Below, in pieces: positions 1-9,990 of a stretch of 64,000 nucleotides of DNA. The position numbers were made by a program, and so were the translations under genes. The notes below the pieces were generated by a model. It was not told where the DNA came from, did not search any database, and saw only the letters and a list, made by a program, of their open reading frames with translations. Numbering within the stretch: position 1 is the stretch's first letter; every line of letters starts with the position of its first letter. Origin of the DNA: an uncultured Clostridia bacterium (GTDB lineage: Bacteria > Bacillota > Clostridia > Christensenellales > Borkfalkiaceae); assembly GCA_944368795.1 (NCBI GenBank), contig CALVXE010000001.1, positions 2,465 to 66,464 on the forward strand, in the 5' to 3' direction.

Positions 1-1885
1 TGTCCGAAATTGAGCAGGCGGAGGAAACGGCGGGGAGTTTGATCGTGATCTTATTGACCAGCATCGGCTGGAAATAAATGACGAAACTCCCGCCCGGAAT
101 ATATTCTCCGTCGACGTAGTATTTGTCCCAATCGAAAGTGAGCGCGGAGGTATAAGCGATCACATCTTCCCCCGTCTCTGCGTCCTTGGTGTAAAATTCT
201 ACGGAATCGACCTGCCCCAACGTGCGGTCAAAATCGAAGCTGTTGAAGATGAACAGAGCGGAGATCTCTCTGTAATCTTCAAACGTAAGGGTGATTTCGG
301 CCGATCCGGCATTCATATCGAATTCGTTCACGACTCCGTCGTCGTGGAATTTCACGACACCGTCGTTGAGATATTTGACGTCGCTGCCTTCCGCGGTATT
401 TGTGGAAGTTACCGCCGCCTCGGGCGCGATGTTCGACCATTCGCCCGTCGTCTGCGGCATATACGAATAGCTGCCGCCGTTTGCGTGCGGGATCAATAAG
501 CCGTCAGAATTCGTCGTCCAAACGAGCGAATCGAAACCGATCATGCGGGCGCCGCCTCCCTGACTGCGGTTCTGATGCGCGTGATAGACGATATACTGTT
601 TGCCGTCCTTTTCAACGACGCTGTTGTGCCCGGTCCCCGACATCCAGGAACAGGAAGGATCGGCATACAAAAGCCAGCCGCCTTCCGAACGGGAAAGCTT
701 CGTAAACGGCCCCGTCGGGCTGTCGCCTACGGCTACGCGCACGGAATAGGATTTTTCCCAATAAGAATTTGCCGAAAACAGGAGATAATACTTTCCGCTC
801 TCTTCGTTGTAGAGCATATACGGCCCTTCGTTGACGTCTCCTTCGATCAGAGACGAATCGGCAATTGTATCGCCGACGTTTTTGCGGTTGGTTTCGGTGA
901 GAAGTTTGACGCTTTCGTAATTTCCGTTTTCGTCCAGCTTCGGCCGCCAATAATCATCCATGGCAATGACGCCGATACAGGACGTTGCGAACCGATTGGA
1001 CGTTTCGCCGCTTTCGCCCAGATCGCGGACGAAATAAAGATATTTTTCTCCCGAAACGGGATCTATGAACGGGCACGCGTCGATGACCTTCATATATCCT
1101 GCGCTGTTCGGATAGGTATCTAAATCGGTGCTGGCAGGTGTGCGGGCCATATAGTCGCTGTCCGTTTCGCCCTCTTTCTGTTCGCGCATATTGCGAAAAT
1201 CGACGAGCGGAGGATAAATATAAAGGGTATCCTCCTCAAGGCCGAGTTCTGCCGCAACATCGTTATCGATATATGGCGCAAGTTTTTCCTGCCAATACGC
1301 GAGCTGCTCTCTTTCTTCCTGCGAAGCGGAATCGGAAAGTTCGAGCGTTTCGATATAGCGGGCATACTGCGTGAACGGGCCCTGCGGATTTTCGCTTACG
1401 GCGCAATCGAGGTAGAAAGACAGCCCTTTAAAGCGGTATCCTGCGCTGTAGAACAGGCAATACAGACCCAATTCCTCATCGTAAATGACCTCGGGCGCCC
1501 AGTGGTTGCTTGCCGCAAAAGACGAGTAGGTAATGCCGTCTACCTCAAAATTCGTATATTCGTATGCGACGCCCATGCTTTCCCATTCGTCGAGATCTTT
1601 GCTGCGGAAACATTCGAAGCCGCGGCCGATCCCGGTAACGTACATATAGAAATAGCCGGCCTGCTCCCCTTCGTCCACATAAATCACGGACGGATCGGCG
1701 CCATGCACGTCCAGATCGTTCTGGTATACGAGTTCGCGGTCGTAGGTGTCTTCTTCACCTTCCGCCGGCGCCTTATATTCGGTGTACTCGAGCGCAACGC
1801 GCGTCGCTCCTTTTGAACAGCCAACGGCGGCAAAGACGCCGAACAGCATTGCAGCCCCTAAAAACAGAGCCAAAAATTTTTTCAT
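1..1885 (-). CDS. GH43 glycoside hydrolase lipoprotein with C-terminal beta-sandwich (3' end runs off the window)
   Basis: Absent from the ORF track because there is no stop in the window. Read manually: ATG at 1885 with GGAGG RBS, MKKFLALFLGAAMLFGVFAAVGC lipobox, then GADP, WAPEV, KVIDACPFIDP, VNEGP and GTGH motifs. Clear paralog of 14122..16023. Confidence 0.88.
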   Translation of the reverse strand, partial: MKKFLALFLGAAMLFGVFAAVGCSKGATRVALEYTEYKAPAEGEEDTYDRELVYQNDLDVHGADPSVIYVDEGEQAGYFYMYVTGIGRGFECFRSKDLDEWESMGVAYEYTNFEVDGITYSSFAASNHWAPEVIYDEELGLYCLFYSAGYRFKGLSFYLDCAVSENPQGPFTQYARYIETLELSDSASQEEREQLAYWQEKLAPYIDNDVAAELGLEEDTLYIYPPLVDFRNMREQKEGETDSDYMARTPASTDLDTYPNSAGYMKVIDACPFIDPVSGEKYLYFVRDLGESGETSNRFATSCIGVIAMDDYWRPKLDENGNYESVKLLTETNRKNVGDTIADSSLIEGDVNEGPYMLYNEESGKYYLLFSANSYWEKSYSVRVAVGDSPTGPFTKLSRSEGGWLLYADPSCSWMSGTGHNSVVEKDGKQYIVYHAHQNRSQGGGARMIGFDSLVWTTNSDGLLIPHANGGSYSYMPQTTGEWSNIAPEAAVTSTNTAEGSDVKYLNDGVVKFHDDGVVNEFDMNAGSAEITLTFEDYREISALFIFNSFDFDRTLGQVDSVEFYTKDAETGEDVIAYTSALTFDWDKYYVDGEYIPGGSFVIYFQPMLVNKITIKLPAVSSACSISD

Positions 1886-1949
1886 TGCTACCTCCGAGGT
1901 ATAAATTGGTTTCTAAAACTTGTTACCGTCGTATCGTTATCGCTGCAAC

Positions 1950-1973
1950 GCGGAGAAACCATGCGTTCTCCGC
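1950..1973 (-). terminator. Intergenic stem-loop 3' of the SBP gene (stabiliser or weak terminator)
   Basis: GCGGAGAA-N8-TTCTCCGC with no clear U-tract on the minus strand. Confidence 0.45.
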
Positions 1974-1997
1974 ATGCCTTGCTTATACAGAAAGAAA

Positions 1998-4391
1998 TCA
2001 GTACAGCCTGTTCGGAACATACTGCGTGTATTCGTAGAGGATTTCCTGCGTCTCGTCTGCGTTGTTTGCCCACAGCTGATCAACCGTCATCCTGCCTTCG
2101 CGGACCCGATAATTCAAGTCGTTCGCCCAATCGGTGATCCAGTCGCCGTCAGGCAGGTACCACCAGTCGCCGGGCGTCTCTACTGCGGCCGCTTCTACGA
2201 ATACGATGGAGTTCTTCGGATCCTGATCGCTCTGCAGGAACACATCCGAATTCGCGAGTTCGATCTGGTTGGGAATGCAGAAGCCGGCTTCGGCCTGCAT
2301 CGATTGCCCCTGTTCGCCCGCTACATAGCGCAGGAACATCCAAGACGCAGCTTTCGCATCGCTGCCTGCCGCGATGGCAAGGCCGACCGAACCGCTGTGC
2401 CCCGCACGGATGCCGTGCACCGCAATATCGCCGTTTTCGTCATACTCCTTGTATACGGGCAGAGGAGCTACGTCCCAAGAGCCCGCCGCCATGCCCGACG
2501 TGCGCAGGAACGTCGTTTCCCAACGGCCGTCTACAAACATGCCGATGTTTCCGGACGCGAACAAGTCTTCCGCCTGCTGCGTACCCAGCGACTGCGCGCC
2601 CATCGAGACTCTGCCGGCGCCGTATTTATCCGTTCCGTCCGCCTTTTTACCGACAACCTCGTTCTGCGCTACCGTCAGAGAGCAGAATTCCAGGAACGCA
2701 TCCAACTGCGAAGGAAGCTGATTCAGCTGACCGGCAGAAACCGCATCCAAGATCTCCTGACGGATGTTCGACTGTACCGCATTGCCGGGGTTATCGTATG
2801 TGCCAGTCTTAAATTTATCCTGATATGAGATGATCTCGCCAGGCTGATACATGTGTTCGTTCACCGTGAAGGGCTGCGCATCGTCCGCTACGATGTAGTT
2901 CGGCGTCTTGTCGTTCAGCGTAAAGTCATAGTAACCGTCGCCGTCGTTGTCCGTCACGTATTCGACGCAGTCTCCGCCGACAGACCAACAATAGGAGAAC
3001 CACCATTCGGTGAAGAACCCGTGCATGCTCGCCCCGTTTGCAGGCCTGATCTCTTCCTGCATCAAACGCGCCAATGCCGTCGTTTCGTCCCAGCTCATGG
3101 GTACGCGGTTGTTGAAGTACCATTTGTTGTCAAGCTCAAAGTAGCCCTTCTCCTTCACCGTCCCCGTGATGCCGTACTGCGACTTCGTCTTACCGTTGCC
3201 GTCGAAGTACGTACCCGCATTGAATGCGTCAAGCTGATCCGCGGGAACGCTGATGATCGTGATGCCGAGCTGTTCCATGTAATTTACATTGTAATAGATG
3301 ACCGTGGGACCGATATCCTTCGGCAGAGCCCAAAGATCCGCATCGTCGGTTACCGTTGCGCTGTCAACGTCGTAGCGGTAACGCTGAATGCCCTGCTCCC
3401 ATACGCTGCCGTCTGTAAACTCGCTCAGACCCGTATAATCGTCCAACGGTTCCAAATAACCGTTGGACGCCCACGATTTTACGAGACTGTCTTCTACATA
3501 CACGACATCGGGCGGGTTGTTGCTCGAAAGAGCGGTAGCCGCCTGCGAAGAATAGCTGCCCGCAGGCTGCGCAACGTAGTTGACTACAATTTTATTTTCT
3601 TGCCCAACCGTCGCATTGAATTCTTCGACGATTTCGCCGAATACGCGGACTTCCGCCTCGTCGCCGTAGCCCCAGAACTCAACAACTGTCTTTGTCTCCG
3701 GAATCTGAGGTTCGCTATCTTCGATCTGCACCGAAAAATCTGCAGAGCCGCCTGCCGTGGTAACCGTGAACGAGAGCACTTCTCCCTTTTCTGCGCCTAC
3801 GAAATACGACTGCTTAAGCACCAGTTTGCCGTCCGCAAACGTATAATCTTCCCCCGACGTGAGCGCAAGCCCGCCGCACTTCACGCTCTGCAGCTCTTCC
3901 CCTTTCAAATCGACAATTACCGTTATATCCTGCGGTTTGTACAGATCGAACGAATACTGTGTCTGTACGATCACGGGCTTCTCCGGTTCACTCACGTCGA
4001 TCGGAGGGGTCTGGCTCTGTTTCACCGTTACCTGAAACGCCGTACTGCCGCCCGCCGTCGTTACCGTAAACGTCAGTTCGCTGCCGACCGCTTTATCCGA
4101 AAAATACGATTCGTCGAGCACGATCACGTTGTCGGCATACGTATAGTCGGTTCCGCCCGCCAGCGTGTTCCCGCCCTCCTCGATCGAAAGTACGGGCGCG
4201 CCATTCAAGGAGATATCCACGCGTATATCCGCCGGAGAGCTCTTATCGAATTCGTATTTCGCCGCCACAACGGGCGGTTCATAGGTGTTGCCGCCATCCT
4301 CCTGCGGGTCTCCGCATGCGGCAAACGCAAACGCACAGATCAGCAACAGGCTCAATGCCGAAAGCATGCGCTTTGCAATTCTCTTTTTCAT
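1998..4391 (-). CDS. Carbohydrate ABC transporter solute-binding lipoprotein with two N-terminal X2-like Ig domains
   Basis: Lipobox FAAC. Two ~90-aa modules (FDK..PADI.V...NG...GTDYTY) precede an SBP_bac_1-like body (PDVVYV, LWALPKDIGPTVIYYN, WDVAPLP). Confidence 0.88.
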   Translation of the reverse strand: MKKRIAKRMLSALSLLLICAFAFAACGDPQEDGGNTYEPPVVAAKYEFDKSSPADIRVDISLNGAPVLSIEEGGNTLAGGTDYTYADNVIVLDESYFSDKAVGSELTFTVTTAGGSTAFQVTVKQSQTPPIDVSEPEKPVIVQTQYSFDLYKPQDITVIVDLKGEELQSVKCGGLALTSGEDYTFADGKLVLKQSYFVGAEKGEVLSFTVTTAGGSADFSVQIEDSEPQIPETKTVVEFWGYGDEAEVRVFGEIVEEFNATVGQENKIVVNYVAQPAGSYSSQAATALSSNNPPDVVYVEDSLVKSWASNGYLEPLDDYTGLSEFTDGSVWEQGIQRYRYDVDSATVTDDADLWALPKDIGPTVIYYNVNYMEQLGITIISVPADQLDAFNAGTYFDGNGKTKSQYGITGTVKEKGYFELDNKWYFNNRVPMSWDETTALARLMQEEIRPANGASMHGFFTEWWFSYCWSVGGDCVEYVTDNDGDGYYDFTLNDKTPNYIVADDAQPFTVNEHMYQPGEIISYQDKFKTGTYDNPGNAVQSNIRQEILDAVSAGQLNQLPSQLDAFLEFCSLTVAQNEVVGKKADGTDKYGAGRVSMGAQSLGTQQAEDLFASGNIGMFVDGRWETTFLRTSGMAAGSWDVAPLPVYKEYDENGDIAVHGIRAGHSGSVGLAIAAGSDAKAASWMFLRYVAGEQGQSMQAEAGFCIPNQIELANSDVFLQSDQDPKNSIVFVEAAAVETPGDWWYLPDGDWITDWANDLNYRVREGRMTVDQLWANNADETQEILYEYTQYVPNRLY

Positions 4392-4412
4392 AATTCTCTC
4401 CCTTAAAACAAA

Positions 4413-6644
4413 TCATTTGCCCAAAATCATGATATCCGAAATTGAAAACGCGGTTTCGGACGCGGGGATTTTAATCGTGATCTTATTCACGAGCATGGGT
4501 TTGAACCCGATCGCAAAACTTCCGCCCGGAATATATTCGGTCCCGTTCGGATTATATTTTTCCCAATTGAAATCGAGAGGCGAAGTGTAAGCGATGTATT
4601 CGCTGCCGGCGGCAGTATCGAAACAATAAAACTCGACCGAGCCGATACGGTTGAACGCGCGGTCCGCATGAAAGCTGTTGAATACAAACAGGGCGCGCAC
4701 TTCGCGGTAAGAATCGAAGGTGAGGGTGATTTCCGCCGCACCCGCGTTCAATTCAAATTCTTGTACGACCCCGTCGTCGTGGAACATCACCGCACCGTCG
4801 TTGAGATACTTTGCATCGCTGTCTGCGGCAATGTTTGTGGAAACGACCTGCGCTTCGGGCGCGATGTTCGACCATTCGCCCGCCGTTTGCGGCATATATG
4901 CGTAACTCGGCCCGTTTGCGTGCGGCACGAGCAGTCCGTTCGCGTTTTCCAGCCAGACGAGCTCGTCAAAGGCGACTGCGCGTATGGAATTTCCCGTGGC
5001 GCGGTTTTGATGGGCGTGGTAGACGATATACTGTTTGCCGTCTTTTTCCGCAACCGTATTATGGCCCGTGCCGGACATCCAAGAGCAGGAAGGATCGGCA
5101 TACAGCAACCAGCCCCCCTCTTCGCGCGTAAGCTTTGTAAACGGCCCTAACGGGCTGTCTCCTACGGCAACGCGCACGGAATACGTCTTTTCCCAATAGG
5201 AATTGGCGGAATACAGCAAATAATATTTTTTATTTTCTTTGTTATAGAGCATGAAGGGCCCTTCATTGACATTGCCCTCGCTCAGAGACGAATCGTAGTC
5301 GCCGCCGACCGTTTTGCGGTTGTTTTCGGTGAGGAGCCTGACGCTCTCGTAATTGCCGTTTTCGTCCAGCTTCGGCCGCCAATATTCGTCCAGCGCGATC
5401 ACGCCGACGGCCGACGTATCGTAAACGTTATCGTTTTCGCCGTTTTCGCCCAAATCGCGGACAAAATACAGATATTTTTCGCCGGTAACGGGATCGATAA
5501 ACGGGCTGGCGTCGATAACTTTCAGATATCCGTCGCCTTGCGCCTTCGACAGGTAATCGGCATCCGTCTCCCCTTCCTTTTGACTGCGCATATTGCGGAA
5601 ATCGATGAGGGGAGGATGGATATATACGATCCCCGGGAAAATGCCGAGGTCGACCGCCGCCGAAACATCCATATAGGGTTTCAGTTCCTTCTGCCAATAA
5701 GACAGCAGATCTTTTTCTTCCTGCGAAGCCGAGGCGGGCAGCTGCATATCCTGCACATAAACGGAATACTGCACGAACGGGCCCTGCGGCTTGCTGCTGA
5801 CCGCGCAGTCGAGATAAAACGCCAAGCCTTTTCCGATATAGGAAGCGCTGTAAAAGAGATAATACAGCTTCTGCTGTTTATCGTAAATGACTTCGGGCGC
5901 CCAATAATTGGAAGTAGCAAAGGAGGAATAATTCGTAATCCCCTCTTTATAGGATGCAGGCGCGAACGCAGTGCCCATCTCTTCCCATTCGACAAGGTCT
6001 TTGCTGCGATAGCAAAGGTACCCCTTTGCCCCCAGCTTATCGCTGGTGATATACATATAAAAATATCCGGCCTGCTCCCCTTCCTCGATGTATATGACCG
6101 ACGGATCGGCAGCAATCGTTTCGAGATCGTTTTGGTAGATGACGTCGCGGTCATACGAGCCGCTTGCCGAAGAGGCGTTGTAATCGGTGTAATCGAACAG
6201 TTTCTTCACGGGTGTTGTTTCTCCTTCTGTTTCTTCGCCGGGTTCATCGGGCTGCTGTTCGGGCGGCTGATCGGGCGGTTGCACCGACTTGCCGATCACC
6301 GTTACCGTAAAGGAAGCCTCGCCTCCTTCCGTTTCGGCCGTAAAAGTTAAAGTACCCGACTCCCTGCCGGTAAAGTAAGTTTTATTGAGCACGAGCACGC
6401 CGCCGGTATAGGTATAATCGGTTTCGCTTTCAAGCACCGCGCCCCCTTCTTTGAGAGACAGGAGCGCCGCACCGTACGTTTCGATCTCTACAAGCACGTC
6501 CGCAGGCGCATTCGCGTCGTAAACGTATGTACCCGAAACGACAGGCGGTTCGACCTGCTGACGGGCACAGCCGCTCAGCACCAAAATGCCTGCAAATAAC
6601 AGTGCCCAAACCGCTGCGCATGCCCTTCCAATCTTCTGACTCAT
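4413..6644 (-). CDS. GH43 glycoside hydrolase lipoprotein with N-terminal X2-like domain
   Basis: The likely start is ATG 6644 (MSQKIG...LSGC lipobox) rather than 6785. Contains an X2 module, a Pro/Glu linker and the AADP, WAPEV, IDASPF, NEGP and GTGH motifs. Confidence 0.87.
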   Translation of the reverse strand: MSQKIGRACAAVWALLFAGILVLSGCARQQVEPPVVSGTYVYDANAPADVLVEIETYGAALLSLKEGGAVLESETDYTYTGGVLVLNKTYFTGRESGTLTFTAETEGGEASFTVTVIGKSVQPPDQPPEQQPDEPGEETEGETTPVKKLFDYTDYNASSASGSYDRDVIYQNDLETIAADPSVIYIEEGEQAGYFYMYITSDKLGAKGYLCYRSKDLVEWEEMGTAFAPASYKEGITNYSSFATSNYWAPEVIYDKQQKLYYLFYSASYIGKGLAFYLDCAVSSKPQGPFVQYSVYVQDMQLPASASQEEKDLLSYWQKELKPYMDVSAAVDLGIFPGIVYIHPPLIDFRNMRSQKEGETDADYLSKAQGDGYLKVIDASPFIDPVTGEKYLYFVRDLGENGENDNVYDTSAVGVIALDEYWRPKLDENGNYESVRLLTENNRKTVGGDYDSSLSEGNVNEGPFMLYNKENKKYYLLYSANSYWEKTYSVRVAVGDSPLGPFTKLTREEGGWLLYADPSCSWMSGTGHNTVAEKDGKQYIVYHAHQNRATGNSIRAVAFDELVWLENANGLLVPHANGPSYAYMPQTAGEWSNIAPEAQVVSTNIAADSDAKYLNDGAVMFHDDGVVQEFELNAGAAEITLTFDSYREVRALFVFNSFHADRAFNRIGSVEFYCFDTAAGSEYIAYTSPLDFNWEKYNPNGTEYIPGGSFAIGFKPMLVNKITIKIPASETAFSISDIMILGK

Positions 6645-6694
6645 CTTTCCCCTTCGGCGGCCGCCAAGGCGGCCCCTTACCGATTTTTCGGACA

Positions 6695-8317
6695 TCAGCT
6701 CCAATATTCGTCGACGATCCAAATGCCTTTTTCGTCGACGACGGGCATATATTCCGTATTTGTGCTTGCGCCCTGCGGTATCCAAAGTTTATCGGGCGCG
6801 CCGCCGCTCATCGAACCGTTGCCGCATTCATCGAAGGTATCGTACTCGTCGCCGCTGTCTTTCGACTTCCAGGCAACGCCCACGCGAACTGCGCCGCCGA
6901 ACACATAATCGGAAAATTCGACGAGAGGAATAAACACCTCGACGACCGTTTTATAGCGGGAATTGCCGTCCCCTCCGTTTTCCTGCGTTACCCAGTATGC
7001 CTGCGCCCCCGTAAAACCGTTATCCATGCCGAGCGAGAAACCGGTCAAGCTTCCGGGATAAGGGAGATCGCGGTCGGATGCATATATGAAGTAATGCTTC
7101 GCGCCGTTTTCTCCGACAAAAATTTCAAACTGCGCATTGTACCACCACGGCTCGGCGTACGAAATTTCCGCATCGTTTGCATACAGATCGTGATATACTT
7201 CCACGGCGGCGTATAAACCGTCTTCGGCAAGCACTGCATAGAAAGTTGCGCTCTTATGGTCGTCTTCGGAGATCGTGTCCCCTTCTCCGCCATACCCGTT
7301 CACAGAAAGAGTATGCGGCTGATAACCGTCGAGCGCTTCCCAGTCGGAAAGGTCGGCATCGAGTTCAATATCGTATTCGTGCGAATAAACCATTTCAACG
7401 CTGACGTCCGCGCGCGTTCGGACTTCTCCCAAAGACGCGGCGATCGTAGCGCTGCCCGCCGATACACCCGTCAGTACGACCGTATTGCCGTTCACCTGCA
7501 TATCGACGGCCGCGGGGTTGGAATTGGACCAAGTAACGACGCTGATGCCGTCGCTCGGCTGCGCCGTAACGGAAGCGGAAGGGCCGCCGACCGTCAACGA
7601 AACTTCCGTCTGCGACAGACTTATCGTCATGTCGGAAGGATCGGAGCGGACGACATCGACCGAAAACGACGCGCTGCCGCCGGGCGTTTCGAACGTGAAC
7701 GTCAGCCGTTCCCCTTCCTCAAAACTCATCAGCCATTCTTTGTACAGCACGATCACCGTATCCGCATACGTATAATCGGCGCCGCCTTCCAGTTCCTGCT
7801 CTCCGCAAGACAGGGAAAGAATGGCTTCCCCGCGCAGATCGACGGGAATCCGCAGATCCTGCACCCGATTCAAATCGAACTCGCCGCGCAACTGTTCGGT
7901 TACAGGCGCTTCCGGCTCGGGCGCGGAAATAACCGCCTGCGATTTTATTACCCTTACCGTAAAAGCGGCCGTTCCGCCCGCCGTAGCGACGGTAAACTTT
8001 AAAACATCCCCCTCTTCTCTGCCCGTAAAATAGGAAGCATCAATGAGAATTGCCGTATCGGCGTATGTATAATCCGACCCGCTTGCAAGTTCGCTGTTCC
8101 CCTCTTTCAGCGACGCGATCGCAGCTCCGTTTAAATCTACGTCCACGCGGACGTCTTCGGGATAACTTATGTCGTAATTGTATACGGCCGAAACGTTCGG
8201 CACCCCCGAGGCTCCGCCGCCCGAATCGGTCGGCCGTGTACAGCCGCATAACACGAGCGAACAAATCAACGCGGCGCCGCAAACGGCACAAATAAAGCGC
8301 AAAAGGCTCCTTCTCAT
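6695..8317 (-). CDS. Non-catalytic surface lipoprotein: 2x X2, Big_2, CBM9/DOMON-like domain
   Basis: Lipobox LCGC, two X2 modules, a Big_2-like VTWSNSNPAAV segment and a C-terminal LDADLSDW...GLYAAVEV.H...VGVAWKS module. Confidence 0.8.
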   Translation of the reverse strand: MRRSLLRFICAVCGAALICSLVLCGCTRPTDSGGGASGVPNVSAVYNYDISYPEDVRVDVDLNGAAIASLKEGNSELASGSDYTYADTAILIDASYFTGREEGDVLKFTVATAGGTAAFTVRVIKSQAVISAPEPEAPVTEQLRGEFDLNRVQDLRIPVDLRGEAILSLSCGEQELEGGADYTYADTVIVLYKEWLMSFEEGERLTFTFETPGGSASFSVDVVRSDPSDMTISLSQTEVSLTVGGPSASVTAQPSDGISVVTWSNSNPAAVDMQVNGNTVVLTGVSAGSATIAASLGEVRTRADVSVEMVYSHEYDIELDADLSDWEALDGYQPHTLSVNGYGGEGDTISEDDHKSATFYAVLAEDGLYAAVEVYHDLYANDAEISYAEPWWYNAQFEIFVGENGAKHYFIYASDRDLPYPGSLTGFSLGMDNGFTGAQAYWVTQENGGDGNSRYKTVVEVFIPLVEFSDYVFGGAVRVGVAWKSKDSGDEYDTFDECGNGSMSGGAPDKLWIPQGASTNTEYMPVVDEKGIWIVDEYWS

Positions 8318-8555
8318 CCTACTCTCCCTTCACATAAAAACCGACTTCTATAAAAATAACGGTGAGATCCGCACTGCAGCGGATGCATCCCGCAGTATCT
8401 GCAATTTTATACGTACTTTTCCGGTCCGCCGAAACGCGCCCTCTTGCCGCGCTTCCGGACCTTTCTTCTCTTATTTTCCCTCACGAACTCCGTGCGGCCC
8501 GCCCCTGCCTCAGCAAGGCGCCGCGATATCAAATTTTTCCCTCTTACGCAACGCG

Positions 8556-8667
8556 CGGCAGCCGCAAAGGCTGCCGGCGGCGCAAGACCCGCCCGCGCGC
8601 CGCTAAAGCGCGCGGGCGAATCGGATCTGCTTCGAGCCCCCGAAGCGGAGCGGACGAAGCCGCTCCG
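8556..8667. other. Cluster of four consecutive GC-rich hairpins in an intra-operon spacer
   Basis: CGGCAGCC/GGCTGCCG (8556-8576), CGCCCGCGCGC/GCGCGCGGGCG (8590-8618), GCTTCG/CGAAGC (8629-8646) and CGGAGCGG/CCGCTCCG (8646-8667). Confidence 0.7.
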
Positions 8668-8692
8668 TGCAAGAACACTGTTTTTGTTCGAA

Positions 8693-9883
8693 TTACGAAA
8701 GCGAATTGTATTCGGAACGGAGATAGATGCCGTCTTCCGTTACGTATGTCATATCCGCATTGTCCGTCCAAGCGCCCGCAGGTACCCAGAAGTTATCGGG
8801 TTCGCCGCCTGCCGCTTCGCCGTTTCCGCAAGTATCAAAATCGGTACCGCTTCCATCGTCCTTGGATTTCCATGCAACGCCTACACGCAGATACGCGTCG
8901 CCGATGTACGAAGAAATTTCTCCCATCGGAACGAAAACTTCGACTATCGTATGGTAAGTGCCTGTCGGCTGAGGATCGGTCGCCTTTTCCGTTTTCCAAG
9001 AGACCTGCATCTCGGTCGTTCCGCCGTCTCTGCCGATGCCGCATTTCGTCTGCGCATCGCTTCCTGTAAACGTCGTATCATCGCCGTCCGCATACACGAA
9101 GTAATGCAGCGCGCCGCCCGTGCCCATAAAGATTTCAAACTGCGAATTGTGCCACCAAGTGCTCTCCTTGGACTGATATATTCCGTGGTACACATCTACT
9201 GCAAGATACAAGCCGTTTTTATCGAGTACGCCGTAGAAGGTCGCGCTCTTATAATCGTCGTCTGCGTATGTATCGCCCTCGCCGCCGTCGCCGTCGATGG
9301 AAATCGTTTTGGTCAACTCCGCCTCCGTCCAGTCGGAAAGATCGGCATCGATCGTAATATCTTCGCTATAGTCTGCCGTGATCTCGCGCGATACCGAAAC
9401 GAGCACCGTCGCATATACGTTGCCGATGGTCGCCCTTACCGACGTAGAGCCGGCCGCCACTGCGGTGATGAGACCGACGTTCGGGTCTTCATCCGACGCT
9501 TCGACTGTGGCTACGTTCGAGTTCATGGATCTCCACGTTACGTCTTCTTCCGAATTTTCTACCGTCGCCGTGATCTCCGTCGCTTCTTCGCCTACCGTAA
9601 GCTGAAGGTAGGTCGAGGAAAGCTTGATCGTGGGCCGCACGGTCGGCGTATCGTCGTCCGTGTTGTCGTCGCCGGTATTATCTCCGGTGTTATCGCCGGT
9701 ATTGTCGCCGCCGGTATTGTCATCCCCGGTGTTGTCGTCGCCGGTATTGTCGCCGCCCTGCTGGGTGTCGTCGCCGGTGTTCGTATTGTCATCGTTACCC
9801 GAAGCGCAAGCGCCGAATAACGCGACGGTCGCTGCCAGCAGAAGCGCCAACAGCAGGATACTGAGTCTCTTTGCGATTCTCAT
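8693..9883 (-). CDS. Surface lipoprotein: GDDNT low-complexity linker, Big_2, CBM9/DOMON-like domain
   Basis: The likely start is ATG 9883 (AAGGAG RBS, MRIAKRL...FGAC lipobox). The C-terminal half is paralogous to 6695..8317. Confidence 0.8.
   Translation of the reverse strand: MRIAKRLSILLLALLLAATVALFGACASGNDDNTNTGDDTQQGGDNTGDDNTGDDNTGGDNTGDNTGDNTGDDNTDDDTPTVRPTIKLSSTYLQLTVGEEATEITATVENSEEDVTWRSMNSNVATVEASDEDPNVGLITAVAAGSTSVRATIGNVYATVLVSVSREITADYSEDITIDADLSDWTEAELTKTISIDGDGGEGDTYADDDYKSATFYGVLDKNGLYLAVDVYHGIYQSKESTWWHNSQFEIFMGTGGALHYFVYADGDDTTFTGSDAQTKCGIGRDGGTTEMQVSWKTEKATDPQPTGTYHTIVEVFVPMGEISSYIGDAYLRVGVAWKSKDDGSGTDFDTCGNGEAAGGEPDNFWVPAGAWTDNADMTYVTEDGIYLRSEYNSLS
9652..9800 (-). repeat. 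Coding tandem repeat (GDDNT/GDNT)n
   Basis: Imperfect 12-15-bp units encoding GDDNT/GDNT. Confidence 0.8.
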
Positions 9884-9990
9884 CTTTCTATTCTCCTTTC
9901 TTATCTTTTTTTGCTTACGCAAATTGTTACCGAATCTTCCCTTGCGGCCGCTGCATGCCGCCGCACGAAGAACATAAGCCTATTGCAGGC

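Noticed and set aside
9652-9800. Short tandem repeats resembling a CRISPR or contingency array
   Set aside because: In-frame coding linker (GDDNT) with no unique spacers and no cas genes.
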